Positions 1-11,599 of a stretch of DNA of 64,000 nucleotides are shown one piece after another. Position numbers and translations under genes: made by a program. Every line of letters starts with the position of its first letter. Position 1 is the first letter of the stretch. The stretch is from Octopus bimaculoides. Lineage: Eukaryota. Below the pieces are notes generated by a model, which worked only from the letters and a program-made list of their open reading frames with translations, was not told where the DNA came from and did not search any database. Where the stretch lies: the NCBI RefSeq assembly GCF_001194135.2, contig NC_068982.1, forward strand, positions 131,104,330 to 131,168,329, given 5' to 3'.

Positions 1-1
1 G

Positions 2-837
2 ACCCTTTCCCTGCAGACATTCGCTGGCCATATGCCCCGTTTCACGACAATGGTAGCAGATGACCTCAGGCTTAGGTAACTTACAGTCTCGCACCATGTG
101 CGGGCCCTGACACCGGAAACACTGACCTTTGAACGGACACACACGTTCCTTGTTCGACCCCTCTTCGCCACTCCTTGGCCGGCCACCTTTTGCTGTCGCC
201 GCTGCTACCAGCGGTGACGACCTACGACAGGAAACTAACATACGAACTCTCGATATTATATCCGCCATGGGCATGGTACTCACGTCCGGCAGTTTCTGCA
301 ATTCGACCGACAGGTGGTCAGGAAACCCAGTCACAAACGCCAACTTTACCGTTTGATCCAGCGATTCTCCCTCGTNNNNNNNNNNNNNNNNNNNNNNNNN
401 NNNNNNNNNNNNNNNNNNNNNNNNNNNNNNNNNNNNNNNNNNNNNNNNNNNNNNNNNNNNNNNNNNNNNNNNNNNNNNNNNNNNNNNNNNNNNNNNNNNN
501 NNNNNNNNNNNNNNNNNNNNNNNNNNNNNNNNNNNNNNNNNNNNNNNNNNNNNNNNNNNNNNNNNNNNNNNNNNNNNNNNNNNNNNNNNNNNNNNNNNNN
601 NNNNNNNNNNNNNNNNNNNNNNNNNNNNNNNNNNNNNNNNNNNNNNNNNNNNNNNNNNNNNNNNNNNNNNNNNNNNNNNNNNNNNNNNNNNNNNNNNNNN
701 NNNNNNNNNNNNNNNNNNNNNNNNNNNNNNNNNNNNNNNNNNNNNNNNNNNNNNNNNNNNNNNNNNNNNNNNNNNNNNNNNNNNNNNNNNNNNNNNNNNN
801 NNNNNNNNNNNNNNCTAGCAATCTTGACTACACTCAT
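2..837 (-). CDS. gag: Gag of a Ty3/Gypsy-type LTR retrotransposon (partial; N gap inside; continues off the window start)
   Basis: My translation of the minus strand 373->2 is open for 124 codons: EGESLDQTVKLAFVTGFPDHLSVELQKLPDVSTMPMADIISRVRMLV...CFRCQGPHMVRDC...CYHCRETGHMASECLQGKG. It contains a CX2CX3HX4C knuckle (83-121) and a canonical CX2CX4HX4C knuckle (17-58). Likely start ATG at 837 (MSVVKIA...), 33 nt inside the LTR end. Absent from the ORF track because the frame runs off the window. Confidence 0.9.
376..814. other. Assembly gap (N). Others: 20707-21220, 28159-28301, 39165-39174, 52926-52980, 60384-60498
   Basis: Runs of n; most abut microsatellites. Confidence 1.
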
Positions 838-858
838 AATTTTTTTTTTTTCTTATGG

Positions 859-870
859 GCCGAAATAGCT
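859..870 (-). promoter_or_regulatory. Putative primer-binding site, non-canonical (AGCTATTTCGGC)
   Basis: Abuts the LTR CA end on the element's sense strand. Its reverse complement GCCGAAATAGCT equals the first 12 nt of eukaryotic tRNA-Phe(GAA) as I recall it (GCCGAAATAGCTCAGTTGGG...). Confidence 0.55.
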
Positions 871-1153
871 TGTGGTGCGATGGAGGAAGAAGACAACAAG
901 AAGCAAAAGGACAGAATGAAGCGTTGGACCTTACCTTGCCGACTGCAGCGGGGTACACGATCGCTCCTAATCAGAACACGTCTTTCTCGTAACGTCGCTG
1001 TTTTCTCACTGGCCCCACGTGCTAGCCTTCGACCGCATGTCACCGACTTCCGATCTGACCCTTCCGGTTTGGCCCTTCCGGTCTGGCTTCACCTCTGTTT
1101 GCCTCACCCCTCTCCACCACAACACATAGCTCGTCACAGCCGATAACACCACA
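871..1153 (-). mobile_element. 5' LTR of the Gypsy element (283 bp)
   Basis: Bounded by a perfect 7-bp terminal inverted repeat TGTGGTG...CACCACA (TG...CA ends). CpG-rich unlike the rest of the window, directly upstream of gag, and interrupts a piggyBac reading frame at 1154. Confidence 0.8.
1016..1081 (-). promoter_or_regulatory. ETS-like (CCGGAAG/TCGGAAGT x3) plus E-box (CACGTG) cluster in the LTR
   Basis: + strand ACTTCCGA 1046-1053, CTTCCGG 1061-1067 and 1075-1081, CACGTG 1016-1021. Motif match only. Confidence 0.35.
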
Positions 1154-1513
1154 GGGTATTAAACAGTTTTCCAGAATAACAAATTACTGGAGTGATCAGG
1201 AACCTTTTGGCGATGAATATATTTCCAGTATTATGAACGAGTACGATTTGTGAAGCTGAACCAATATTTACATGTGAGAGACACTTGCAGTACCCCACCC
1301 CAGTACGTGGAGAACTTTGAGACAAAAATTATGCAATAGAATTGATTAAGAACCCTTTCTTTAATTATGTTCCGAATATCACATTAATATGTTGATAAAT
1401 AAAAAAGTTACAGGTGTTTAATGAGACTAGTCTAAATTCATGATTATTTTAGAATTTAATTGAAATTCATGAGGGGTGTATTTTGGTCAGAAATATAGTA
1501 ACGAAAGGGTTAA
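1154..1513 (+). mobile_element. Internally deleted piggyBac relic (right part), target of the Gypsy insertion
   Basis: From 1155 reads GIKQFSRITNYWSDQEPFGDEYISSIM / (frameshift) RVRFVKLNQYLHV, matching the piggyBac YWS...IMSRxRF...LH block. Ends ...CGAAAGGG|TTAA (1510-1513). Confidence 0.8.
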
Positions 1514-1639
1514 ACAGTCTCTAAAGAAAATACTAAAAAAGTAACAAAAAACACGAAAACGAGTGCCATCATGCATTTTGGAAAGGAGTAGAGATTGTTG
1601 GTCAGCTGATGACTATGAGTTAAAATTTATCACATGCAA

Positions 1640-2690
1640 GCAAGCAACTATAGTGCTTACCAAAAAATATTCTAAACAATGTTTGGAAATGGTTAAAAAG
1701 GGGATGAAACTTGAGTGTAAATTGGTCATACAGGAATAGGATTTAGAAAATGTCAGAGAAAAATTTCATCATCAGTAACTGTAACAAAAATAAAGTCAGC
1801 AAGAAATTCAATTGAAATTAAACTACAGAGATGGGAATACAGTATGTACAAATCACAGAAGATCCTGGGCAGGAAGATACAGGTTCATTTGAAGAAAAAT
1901 CTGCTGTAAGTGAAAAAAACAGAGTTTAACCAGGATGCAGTATTGTCAGAATAAACCTGGAAGAAATATTATCCCTACAATACAAAATCAATCAGTATCA
2001 ACTGTGATACTCTTGGTAGTATGGTTGAAAAGCTTTAAATGAAGAAGACATCAGAAAGAGACTGGTTACTGGTACAGAGAAATGACCTTCTATTGAAGGA
2101 ATCTTATTGATTCATAGCAGCAAACTTTCACTGGAGATATAAATACACCAGGCACACTGGCATTGACAGAAACAAGTCTGTTAGCAAAAAAAAAAAAACA
2201 AAGCCATTTACATGATGAAGAGCTGCCTGACAGTTATATGCCATAATTTAACCCTTTTAATACCAACTCGCACCAAACTGCTCTAGATTTACAATACAAA
2301 CTTTCTGTTTTAAGTTGATCTCAATTAAAAGCCTCCATCAAAATCTCATATTAATTTTATGGTCTAAACACCAGTTTAATAATGACAAAATTATTTTACT
2401 AACTACTGCATTATTTTCAAAATTGACTGAAACAAAGGCAGTACATTTCAACAGAAATTTGGCAACAGAAGGTCAAGTGATAAAATGTATAAAAATGAAT
2501 AGATAAAATGCATACAGCCTTTTTGAACCTATTCTTCCTGGGTTACTGTGACAATAATATGAACACACTCCAACAAGCAACTGGGAAGGAAGAGCTTGAA
2601 AAGATGACCTGAAAAAGTTCAGGGTTGAGAAATAAAAAGCCTGTTCAGAGAATTAAGATGGTGAAAATTTTAGAACATTGGATGGGATAC
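1640..2690 (+). mobile_element. Decayed RTE-clade LINE RT/3' fragment, split by a MITE
   Basis: Frameshifted remnants resembling the RTE C-terminal region (LGQE.., YG.E.W.L, ..MERSI.GI). Many stops. Confidence 0.5.
2248..2476 (+). mobile_element. piggyBac MITE family 1 (other copies about 30353-30581 +, 47465-47686 -, 48421-48646 -)
   Basis: TTAA|CCCTTT start, about 230 bp. The four copies share the internal sequence (e.g. ttaaaa.c.t.catcaaaat). The right end resembles 1450-1513. Confidence 0.75.
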
Positions 2691-3179
2691 CTGATGGCAT
2701 CTGTTCCAGGTTTTTCTGATCTAATGGCAACATCACCAGTGCTAAGCTGTATCTCCAATTTTCATTGCCTAAACAACAGCAGCTGAGGGACCTATCTCTT
2801 AGCACTCTCTGTTCCTACATCAAGCAGCTTATTCAGTTTCTTTTCAATCTTCTCCCCAACAATTGTTTTGTAGCTCCCTCTCTCTCTCCTTTATTCTTCC
2901 ATTCATCTTCTCTTGTACTCACTGGTCTAGTTCCATTCCAACACTCCTTCTCTTCACCTTCCACTCACTTTTGTGCACCAGAAACAAAACAATTTTCCTG
3001 TGCTGATGAACAGAGACAACATAATAGGGTAGAGAAAACTCTTTAGTCTTGCCAGGGCCAAAGCAATCTCTCTAGTGCTGGTTTCATTATAAAGCATACA
3101 CAGTACACTCTGGTTAGCAATAGGAAGGGTATCATGTCACAGAAAACAAGCCAGGAAAAAAAAAAAAGAAATAGAGTTA

Positions 3180-4035
3180 AAAGCAACTCATAGTGCCAAT
3201 CTTTCATGGAAGGTAATACATCTGAATAAGAAGCGCCTCACTTACTGAGCTCTCCTTCAACATTTGTTTGATGAGCAGAAAAGGAGTAGGAAGGAACACC
3301 ATACAATGCAGTTAATGTGGACAATAGGTGCAGTGGGATCACAAGAAAACTAATACGAGAAGAAAGTAAATTCTGTCTGTAACAGATGCTAAAGATTAGT
3401 TAGTGGTAAGAGCATTCATAAGACAAATTCTTTGAAATGACTAGAAGACTTCATAGAAGTAGTTGATAGCTTCTGTTATCTGAGTGATCTAATTGGTAGT
3501 GGAAGATAGTGGCCCAAAAGCATAGCAGCCAGAATCACAAGGGGACAGGGAAAGTTCAGGAAGCTATTTATTACCTTTGGTAACATCAAAGAGATTCTTT
3601 CTTTGAGTGAAAGGCAGATCGTATGATATTTGGGTACAAAGTGTGATATTATATGGTAGCAAAACATGGGTGTTACATGCAAGGCGTGCACAAAAGGTGG
3701 AAATAAATTAGTCAAGCATATTCTGCTGGATGCATATCGTTAGTGTGCATCAAAAACAGAACACAAATTACCCAAGAGAAAATGTAGCATGTATTAGAGA
3801 AAACCTGAACTGATATGGACATGTGATGCATATGGAGGATAACATTTGGGCACAGAAGTGCCAGGTGATATGAGTGAAAGGAATCTGTAGGAGAGGAAGG
3901 TCAACAAAAGACAGAAAGAAAAGTAATAAAAGCGGATTCCAGGAGGCTGAACTTCAAAAAGGATTGTGTTGCAAAAGACTTGTATATTCTATAAAATGAT
4001 GGAAACATGGACATAAAAGAAGATGGTGATAATGA
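3180..4035 (+). mobile_element. Decayed RTE LINE RT-to-tail fragment
   Basis: EVVDSFCYLSDLIGSG...RITRG.GKFRKLL...VKGR.YD..VQSVILYGSKTW remnants, ending in a (GAT)n tail. Confidence 0.7.
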
Positions 4036-4553
4036 CAAAGATGATGATGATGATGAATACACACACACACACACATATTATCAATGATGTTCAGAAAGAC
4101 TACATAAATACTAAGCTAAAAAAGAATGCTACCTTGTTAAAACTACACTGATTCCAAGAAGAAAATGTGTCTTTTAATTATGATATCTAAAAGTAGATGA
4201 AGTTCATGAAATGTGGAAATTTATTTCTTCAGAGGAAGACAATGGACTTAGTATAAAGGCTTTATTGGAGAGTCAAGAAATCTAGGTTATTCTATTTTCT
4301 AAACAGAGTCTAATATTGTGCAATAAAAGATTCTGACAAAGAAACAAATTACAGTTGTAAAGGCAATCAGACAACTTGGATAGACAAACAAAGACACAAA
4401 CAGAATTTACTTATGTACATACATACATATATGTGTATCTGTGTGTGTGTATGTATTTATATACACAAATATGCATGTGTGCACAAGTGTGGGTGTATGT
4501 ATATGTATATATATCTACGTATATATTACTCTCTCACTGAATACGTTGTGTAC

Positions 4554-4590
<37 letters not shown>

Positions 4591-5347
4591 TATATATGCA
4601 TGCATGAATGTATGTATGTATACACACACGTATACATTAAAATACATACATATAGGTACAATCTCTCTCTCTCTCTCTCATTCACACACACATCTATGCA
4701 TGTCTGTGTCTGCATGTGTGTTCATCTGTATATATGTATGTATGTATGTGTGTATGTGCTTATGTGAGATATGTATATATATACTCCTATAAACACACAC
4801 AGGACATATTGTACATCAGTTCCCTCTCTCTAACACAGATGTCTGCTAAAATTCAGTCATCATTAAATATTTGCCTGTCTATTAAATATTTCCCAACATT
4901 ATCTGTTCATATTTTCTTCTGTGTCTCGACTTCTTTGCACCTCTATGGTTCTCTGATGAATGGCTTTCACAAGACTATTGGATCTTGTTATAAGGCCATA
5001 CATATCATCTCAACCTTCTTTTCTTCACTGCTTTGAGAAGAACTTCATGAGCCAATGTGACACTGCATGGTTTGTCAAACCTATTTATTTATGATTTGGT
5101 CCAAGTATAAGATGCCTACGATTTTGTTGCAGCATTTTGTTTCCAATGTCTATATCTTTTGCTGAACTGCTGTCATAAGAGTCCATGTGTAAAGGAAGAT
5201 GGAAAATACTAGTAATACGTGTGAGTCTAGTTTTGTTCACCATAGCAACATTTTCATCTCTCCACATTACCTTGATTATCTTTAATAAAGTCATTGACAT
5301 TTGTTTTTAATACATTTGGTTCTCATTCAGCACTGCTTCACTATAAA

Positions 5348-5379
<32 letters not shown>

Positions 5380-5854
5380 CGTGTATACAAATAACTGTAA
5401 AGCAGCATAACCAATGTATACGTTTACCTCATTAAACATATATAACACACACACACGCACACTTGGGTCTGAAAGATTGCTTGGAAAAACACAAGCTTGT
5501 CTGGCAATTGTGCTTTCACAGCATGAAACTTACAGTAACTTGAGTTCAAATCCTGCCTATATTAGTTTCAAATTTTGACACAAGGCCAGCAATGTCAGGG
5601 GAGGGGGTAAGGATTACATCACCCCCCCCCCCCGTTCTCAACTGGTACTTATTTCATCAATCTGGATGAAAGGCAAAAACTGACCTTGGCAGAATTTGAA
5701 CTCAACATGAAGAACAGATGAAATGCCACTGGTCTGGCATGCTAACAATTCTGCCAGCCCACAGCCTTAAATACAGTGTATATTAATTCCACCAATAACA
5801 GAATAATACATATATATATATATATATATGCTTGAGAAGAAAACTCATTAAGCC

Positions 5855-6058
5855 TAGCAAAATCACAGTCGTGGCAGATAACAGTGTCATACAAATGGCA
5901 CCCATTACACTCTCGGTGTGGTTGGCATTAGGAAGGGCCATAGAAAACCATGTCAGATCAGACTGGAGTCTGGTGCAGCCTTTCAGATTAGCAGCCCGGC
6001 TAAAACTGTCCAACCCATACCAGCATGGACAACGGACATTAAATGATGACGATGATGA
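5855..6058 (+). mobile_element. 5'-truncated RTE LINE 3' UTR copy with (GAT)n tail; the most abundant repeat here. Other copies about 13133-13225 -, 15150-15360 -, 17369-17747 -, 36735-36955 +, 38500-38700 +, 40700-40860 -, 42245-42400 -, 42700-43200 -, 44798-45205 -, 50300-50760 -, 52981-53400
   Basis: Shared core cacccactacactctcggagtggttggcgttaggaagggcatccagctgtagaaac...ccatgc(t)agcatggaa.gcggacgttaaacgatgatgat. Joined to an RTE ORF2 end in the copy at 57781. Confidence 0.8.
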
Positions 6059-7485
6059 TATGTGTGTGTGTGTGTGTGTGTGTGTGTACAAGCATGCACA
6101 TGTCTGTGTGAGTGTGCTTGGCATATCCATGGCAAACAGCATTATATATCTAGACATAAGGGCTTTTGTGTAATCCACTTCACGGTTGACTGCAGAAACC
6201 ATGGATTGAGAAGCCTTCTTAATTTACTGATTAGTACATGTGATTGCATGAAGCCCATAGGTCCAGACATTTCATTGTATTTGCGTTGCATAATACAAAC
6301 GTATATCGTCTATGTATATTAGTCTATTACAATGATGGGTACATTGTGCACTTTTACAATTTGTACCATAAAATGAACAAAATCAATACACACACACACA
6401 CACACACCAAATACACACACAGTGGTTTTGTGCATTTTATGATACATATGTACATGTACGTACATACATATGTATGTATGTACATAGATATGCACACATA
6501 CATACATACATACATACATGCATGAAAAGAAAACACCACTACACTGCACCTTCTTGAACCTCATATGAAGAAAACACCACTGCACACTCTTTAAACTTGA
6601 GTGTCACTCAGAGCTTCACAGTAGTCCCAAATATCAGGTCCCACTATCACCAAGGATCTTTCTGATGAAAGAACATTCTCAGCATAACTAGAACATCATC
6701 CTAAAGCCTGACTCTTCTCTTCTGGAGACTGCTGCTCAGAATTTTCATGACTCAACTGAGGCCCAAAACAGAGCACTACTCCCACAACTGGGATAGTGGT
6801 GTTGGTAGTGGTGTCGTTATACATACAGATATCCTGGACTGCAGCCAAGAGGGCCACTCAACTAATTGGTAGCCAATCATTCAAGGACATACACCAGCCT
6901 TCACTCACAGATGATCTGTCACCCAACTCTAATTTTTCTATTGCTACTAAAATGTCCTTTTTTCCTTAGAGCTGGTTGCTCCCATACTTCTGCCACCCAA
7001 GTGTTCCAAAACCACTTGTCTACCTCTCTTGACCCTGTTGCACTGACCTATCCCAGTCTCACACAAACTACTATACCCAGCCCTTCCTCCCCAGAATGTC
7101 AACCTTCTGGAATCTTCTCTCTGCCCATGTCTTTCCTGCAGGTATTGACCTGCAATGATTTAATGGAACATTAACAGCATCTAACACAGCTATACCCAAA
7201 GGCCTCAAACAAAAGTCCCATGCAAGACTCATAGGCACTACCCCTTCCTCAAAACTATGAAAGCAACATACACACACACATGTATACGCACACTTACACA
7301 CATATACACACTCTTAGAGATATATAAATAGATGCAGACATCTCCAGAATATATATCTAAATACGCAAATACGTTTTAGATGTAAAACTCTTCATTACTA
7401 CAGACATTAGAAGATTCATATTGTGATGTGTATGCATGCAGTGAACACAGACACAAAACGTATACATACACCATGCACACACACA

Positions 7486-7519
<34 letters not shown>

Positions 7520-7882
7520 AGCATACACATACAAAGATGCTAACACACAAAACACTTATTCAATCAATGTAGCGTGCTGATGCACAGTTATACAACGACT
7601 GCAAAGAGACATCCCAGCATGCACTCTATAAGCAAGCTACGTCATCTTTCCATAAAAAGATCAGAGAGAAGAAAAAAATAATAAAATAAAAATTCAGACT
7701 GCAAGAAGATCAATGCTCCTAAGTTAGATCTCGGCACTCCCATGGTTGATGTGCAGTCTGAGGCAGCTAGTAGGATAGAGCCAGTGTTGTAGCCTACAGT
7801 TGATACAATAGTCTCCAAGCACTTGTATATCAAACAGCCATCAAAGCTACTAGCTGTCATCACTAACTCTACTCACACTTAC

Positions 7883-7930
7883 CCCCACTGATTGCAAGTA
7901 AGAAACCAAGAGGAAGTGTACTCAAAAGTT
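7883..7930 (-). CDS. Weak candidate 48-nt exon (phase 1-1), LLSTLPLGFLLAISG
   Basis: Pyrimidine-rich acceptor ...tcctctctcatcattgttag and donor G|GTAAGT, one open frame. Could be chance; the + strand here also reads like a decayed TE ORF. Confidence 0.25.
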
Positions 7931-9899
7931 CTAACAATGATGAGAGAGGATATTAAGAAAAAGTTCCTTAGTAAATATAACCCCCCCTCCACCACCACCA
8001 CCAAACACACAAAAAAAGAGAGAAAAGAATAAAATAAAACAATCAACAAAAACCCTAAGAGTTTACTTCTTTGATTTTTATAATTGTGTATAGTTTTTAT
8101 TTGTTTTGTTAAATTTTTTCCTATCCCTCCCCCTCTCTCTCTGTTTATGTGTGTGTGTGTGTATCACTTTCTCTCTCTCTCTGTCTTTGACTTTCCTTTA
8201 TTTAAACTCAGTACAATCCAATTACTAATTAATGTTTATCGTAATAATGATTATTTTGTAGGAAGGAAAAGAACAAACAGGCTTTGGGAATCTACAGTTA
8301 AAGAGAAAAATAGAGAAAAAATATATATATATATAAAAGCATTACAAAACCAAACAAAAGTAAAGAAAAACAGAGAAAAGAAAGAAAAACAAGAAAATAA
8401 AAAAGAAAAAAAACATCTAAAGGAAACAGTTTTAATTCAGACACTTTATTTTGTGATAGTTGTACAAGAAAGGAGTTTGATATTTCAGATATACACACAT
8501 GCATATTCACACACACACATACACACACCCACCTACACACACATACACACACCCACCTACACACACACACACATACATACATGCATATATACATGCATGC
8601 ATGCATAAATATAAGCATATACATAGAACAATTTTAACAAGTCAGCTATTTGATGAATGAAACACCAAATAATAAACAGAAAAAATATATTCCAGCAACT
8701 GAAGTCACAATAATGAGTTTATGTGAAGGCCTATGGAAAGAACAAAAGCCCTTATGTAGCACAACAAAATTGCCACTTCTCTTGTAGGTAATGCTGAAAC
8801 ATATATACAGTTCCATTTTTAATGTAATATATCATATACATTCATATACACACATACATATACATGCGCGCATGCGTGCACGCACACACACACATACATC
8901 CATGCACATAGATATATACATACATACATATATATAAACACACACACACACACAGGTTTGAAACATTAATATTAATCAAAATGCAAATCGATAGACTAAA
9001 CAGTCAATGCCAGGACTTTCTGTCTCGTTTAATTTTAATTAAGTTAACATCTACTAATGTCTTTCATTCACAAGTTATTGATTCGATGAATTTCTTTTGT
9101 CTCTTGTTAAATATGTTGGGATTTCAGGCTTAAAAACAACTATTTTGTATTTTTATTTATCTATTTTATCTATTTATTTCCATCTGGGAATAATATTTCT
9201 GTACTCTGACATAGTTCCCAATCTGACAATATACAGCCTAGTTGTGATGATCACACTACATTGTGATACCCAACTATTTCTCTCAAACTATTCGTCATTG
9301 ATATTTAAATCAACTGACAATAATTATATAGCATGTTCAAACTCACACATGATTTCATAAGTAATTTAACTGGCAATCAATATGTCTCATATTCACAATA
9401 TGATAAAAAGCTTCTGTAAACATCGAAGTTAACACAATCTTTACATAGATGAATGATTCATAACGATAAATGTTGAGAGTTTATTTCATCCTGTCACAAG
9501 CCACAGCATTTTGTAGAGCCTGGAGGACTTAGCAATAGGTTCTACAGCATTTAAGCAAAGAACCACCTATTTCTTAGTATAACATCCAGGATGCTAGTCC
9601 TTTTCAATAAAGTCAGCTACCAATTCCCATCAGCTAGGTGAACTCTGTCTAATACAATAAAGAGCCTTATGTAGAGACACAAATATTTTCTTCATGAGAT
9701 GTGAACTTATTCTACAAGTTCCTGAATGCAACATGAAGAATATATTCAAAGCATATTTTCCAAATGGTACACTCCAGAAGTAGTTAAGCCTCTGTCCAGA
9801 AAAGCATGTTAAGAAGTACATTAAAAACACTGTTCACTATCGTTAGGACTTTAATAGAGAATACAGCCAAACCACATTGTATAATAACTATTATTATCA

Positions 9900-10390
9900 T
9901 CATTTGAACATTTAGTTTTCTTGCTCCTATTAAATAGGTTTCCTATACACCTATCTTGATCCTTTGTCACCTAATCCTTGAAACCTATAACTGAGATCAG
10001 ATCTTCTAGCCTCATCTCTTTTGATGTTTTCCACATCTTTCCTTTGCTTGAAGTCCTGCCATTGTCAGCATATGGCAATGCAATATGTCCCATACCAGTG
10101 CAGTTAGTTGTCTCCCTTACATACATCAACTGATGTCTCTAATGCTCAGTCATGACTCTCAGCTGACTTATGTTGTCTCTTTTCCCTGCACATCCAATGA
10201 TTCATGCCTGACTCATTATTCTTTAGACACTGCAGATTGCTTGCATTCAATATCCATGTTTCACTACCATGCAGCATCCCATTTCTGATACAGGCTTCAT
10301 ACAGCTTTCTTTTTGCATGGAAAAAAAAAACCTTTCATTGCCAACCGATCCGACAACACTCTAATCTTTCCCCCCACCCACCTCCTTTCT
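9900..10390 (-). mobile_element. Decayed RTE LINE RT fragment
   Basis: Minus strand gives KRKLYEACIRNGMLHGSETW...HWMC, the same block as 3600-3750. Confidence 0.65.
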
Positions 10391-10460
10391 ATCATTAATA
10401 TTCTTTTACTAAAAACACCTCAGCATGAAATATGTCTCCTAGGTAACAGAAACAATTTAC

Positions 10461-10555
10461 TGCTTGTAGTGAGCCATTTCAGAAGTTCACAGAATTTTTC
10501 AGAAGTAAATAGAGAGGCTTCACAATTCAAACAGAGGGGTTCATTCTCGCAAGAA
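10461..10555 (-). CDS. Candidate 95-nt exon (phase 2-1), SCENEPLCLNCEASLFTSEKFCELLKWLTTS
   Basis: Long T-tract acceptor (...ttttcattgaag), donor GCA|GTAAAT, open frame across. Phase-compatible with the 7883-7930 candidate. No homology recognised. Confidence 0.3.
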
Positions 10556-11518
10556 CTTCAATGAAAAAAAAAAAAAAAAAATCAAAACGTCCTAAGCAAT
10601 CTAAATGAGGATTATAAGAGTACAAGTTTTCGACAATCTGCTGTCACATTCATCATGGTGAGAAGTTCAATATACCTTACATTGTATACTTTTGTTTGAA
10701 AGTAATTTTTGACAGTCTGAAAATTATAATAGACAGAATAGAGAAGACAATCATCTTTAGCATTATCATCATTGACGTTCTGCTTTTACATTTTACATTT
10801 TCTTAATTGTAATAGAAAGAAAATGACCACACTGGAGTTATATACAGGACTACTACATACTTGTTTATTAATTCAAATATCCAGCATTTTATTGCTTTGG
10901 AGGAAATCACTTTGTTTTACATTACCCAGGAATGGGTAACAGATCGCATGCAATTGTTAAGTGCAATAAGTTAATGAGGAAATTAATGAAGGACCTTCGT
11001 GTTGTTGCTCAATCTTTCATAAATAACAGTCAAATTTGCCTCCAATCACACTCTACCATCTTTAAAAAAAAAAAATTTTTAATAAAGATTTCATAATATA
11101 ATCCTAGATATACAAAAATGTAGGATGAACAAAGCTGGAATGTCTCTAACAGAAGGTCTGCCTGATCACAGCTGACCTGAGGCTAAGCAACAACAATAGC
11201 CTGCAACAGAATAGCATTCTATCTGAGAGGAGAATAGTTTTTCATCAGCTGTGTATGATAAAAGCATAGCTAAACTGAAGATCAGATATGTCCCTTGAGA
11301 TTTTAGACATATTTTTTTTATTATATCTCTAGCAAGCCACTGTGAAATAGCTGCCATTAATATTTTATCTCGTTACAGAGTTGTACAAAAACAGTGTCTC
11401 TTAAGTTTTCTATAAGCCTGTAACCCAATATCATACATATTCAGACATTTCAGTTCTACATTGTGCATACATACATGTATACATAAGAGTACAAACACAC
11501 ACACACACACACACACAA

Positions 11519-11551
<33 letters not shown>

Positions 11552-11599
11552 AAGGAAGTTGTAGAGAAAGAAACGTAAAAGTGGACATAACTTTTTTAT

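Noticed and set aside
175-1146. 323-aa + strand ORF (and other ORFs spanning N gaps, e.g. 20634-21527)
   Set aside because: Length comes from Ns. The real coding signal is gag on the opposite strand, and the 3' part is LTR.
4413-5036. ORFs rich in VCVC/YIYI/THTH/ERER, recurring throughout the window
   Set aside because: Translations of (TG)n, (TA)n, (CA)n and (GA)n microsatellites.
7642-7965. 73-aa minus ORF and a longer + frame (DCKKINAPKLDLG...EEVYSKVLTMMRED) with stops
   Set aside because: No recognisable family. The + frame is interrupted; probably a decayed TE ORF.
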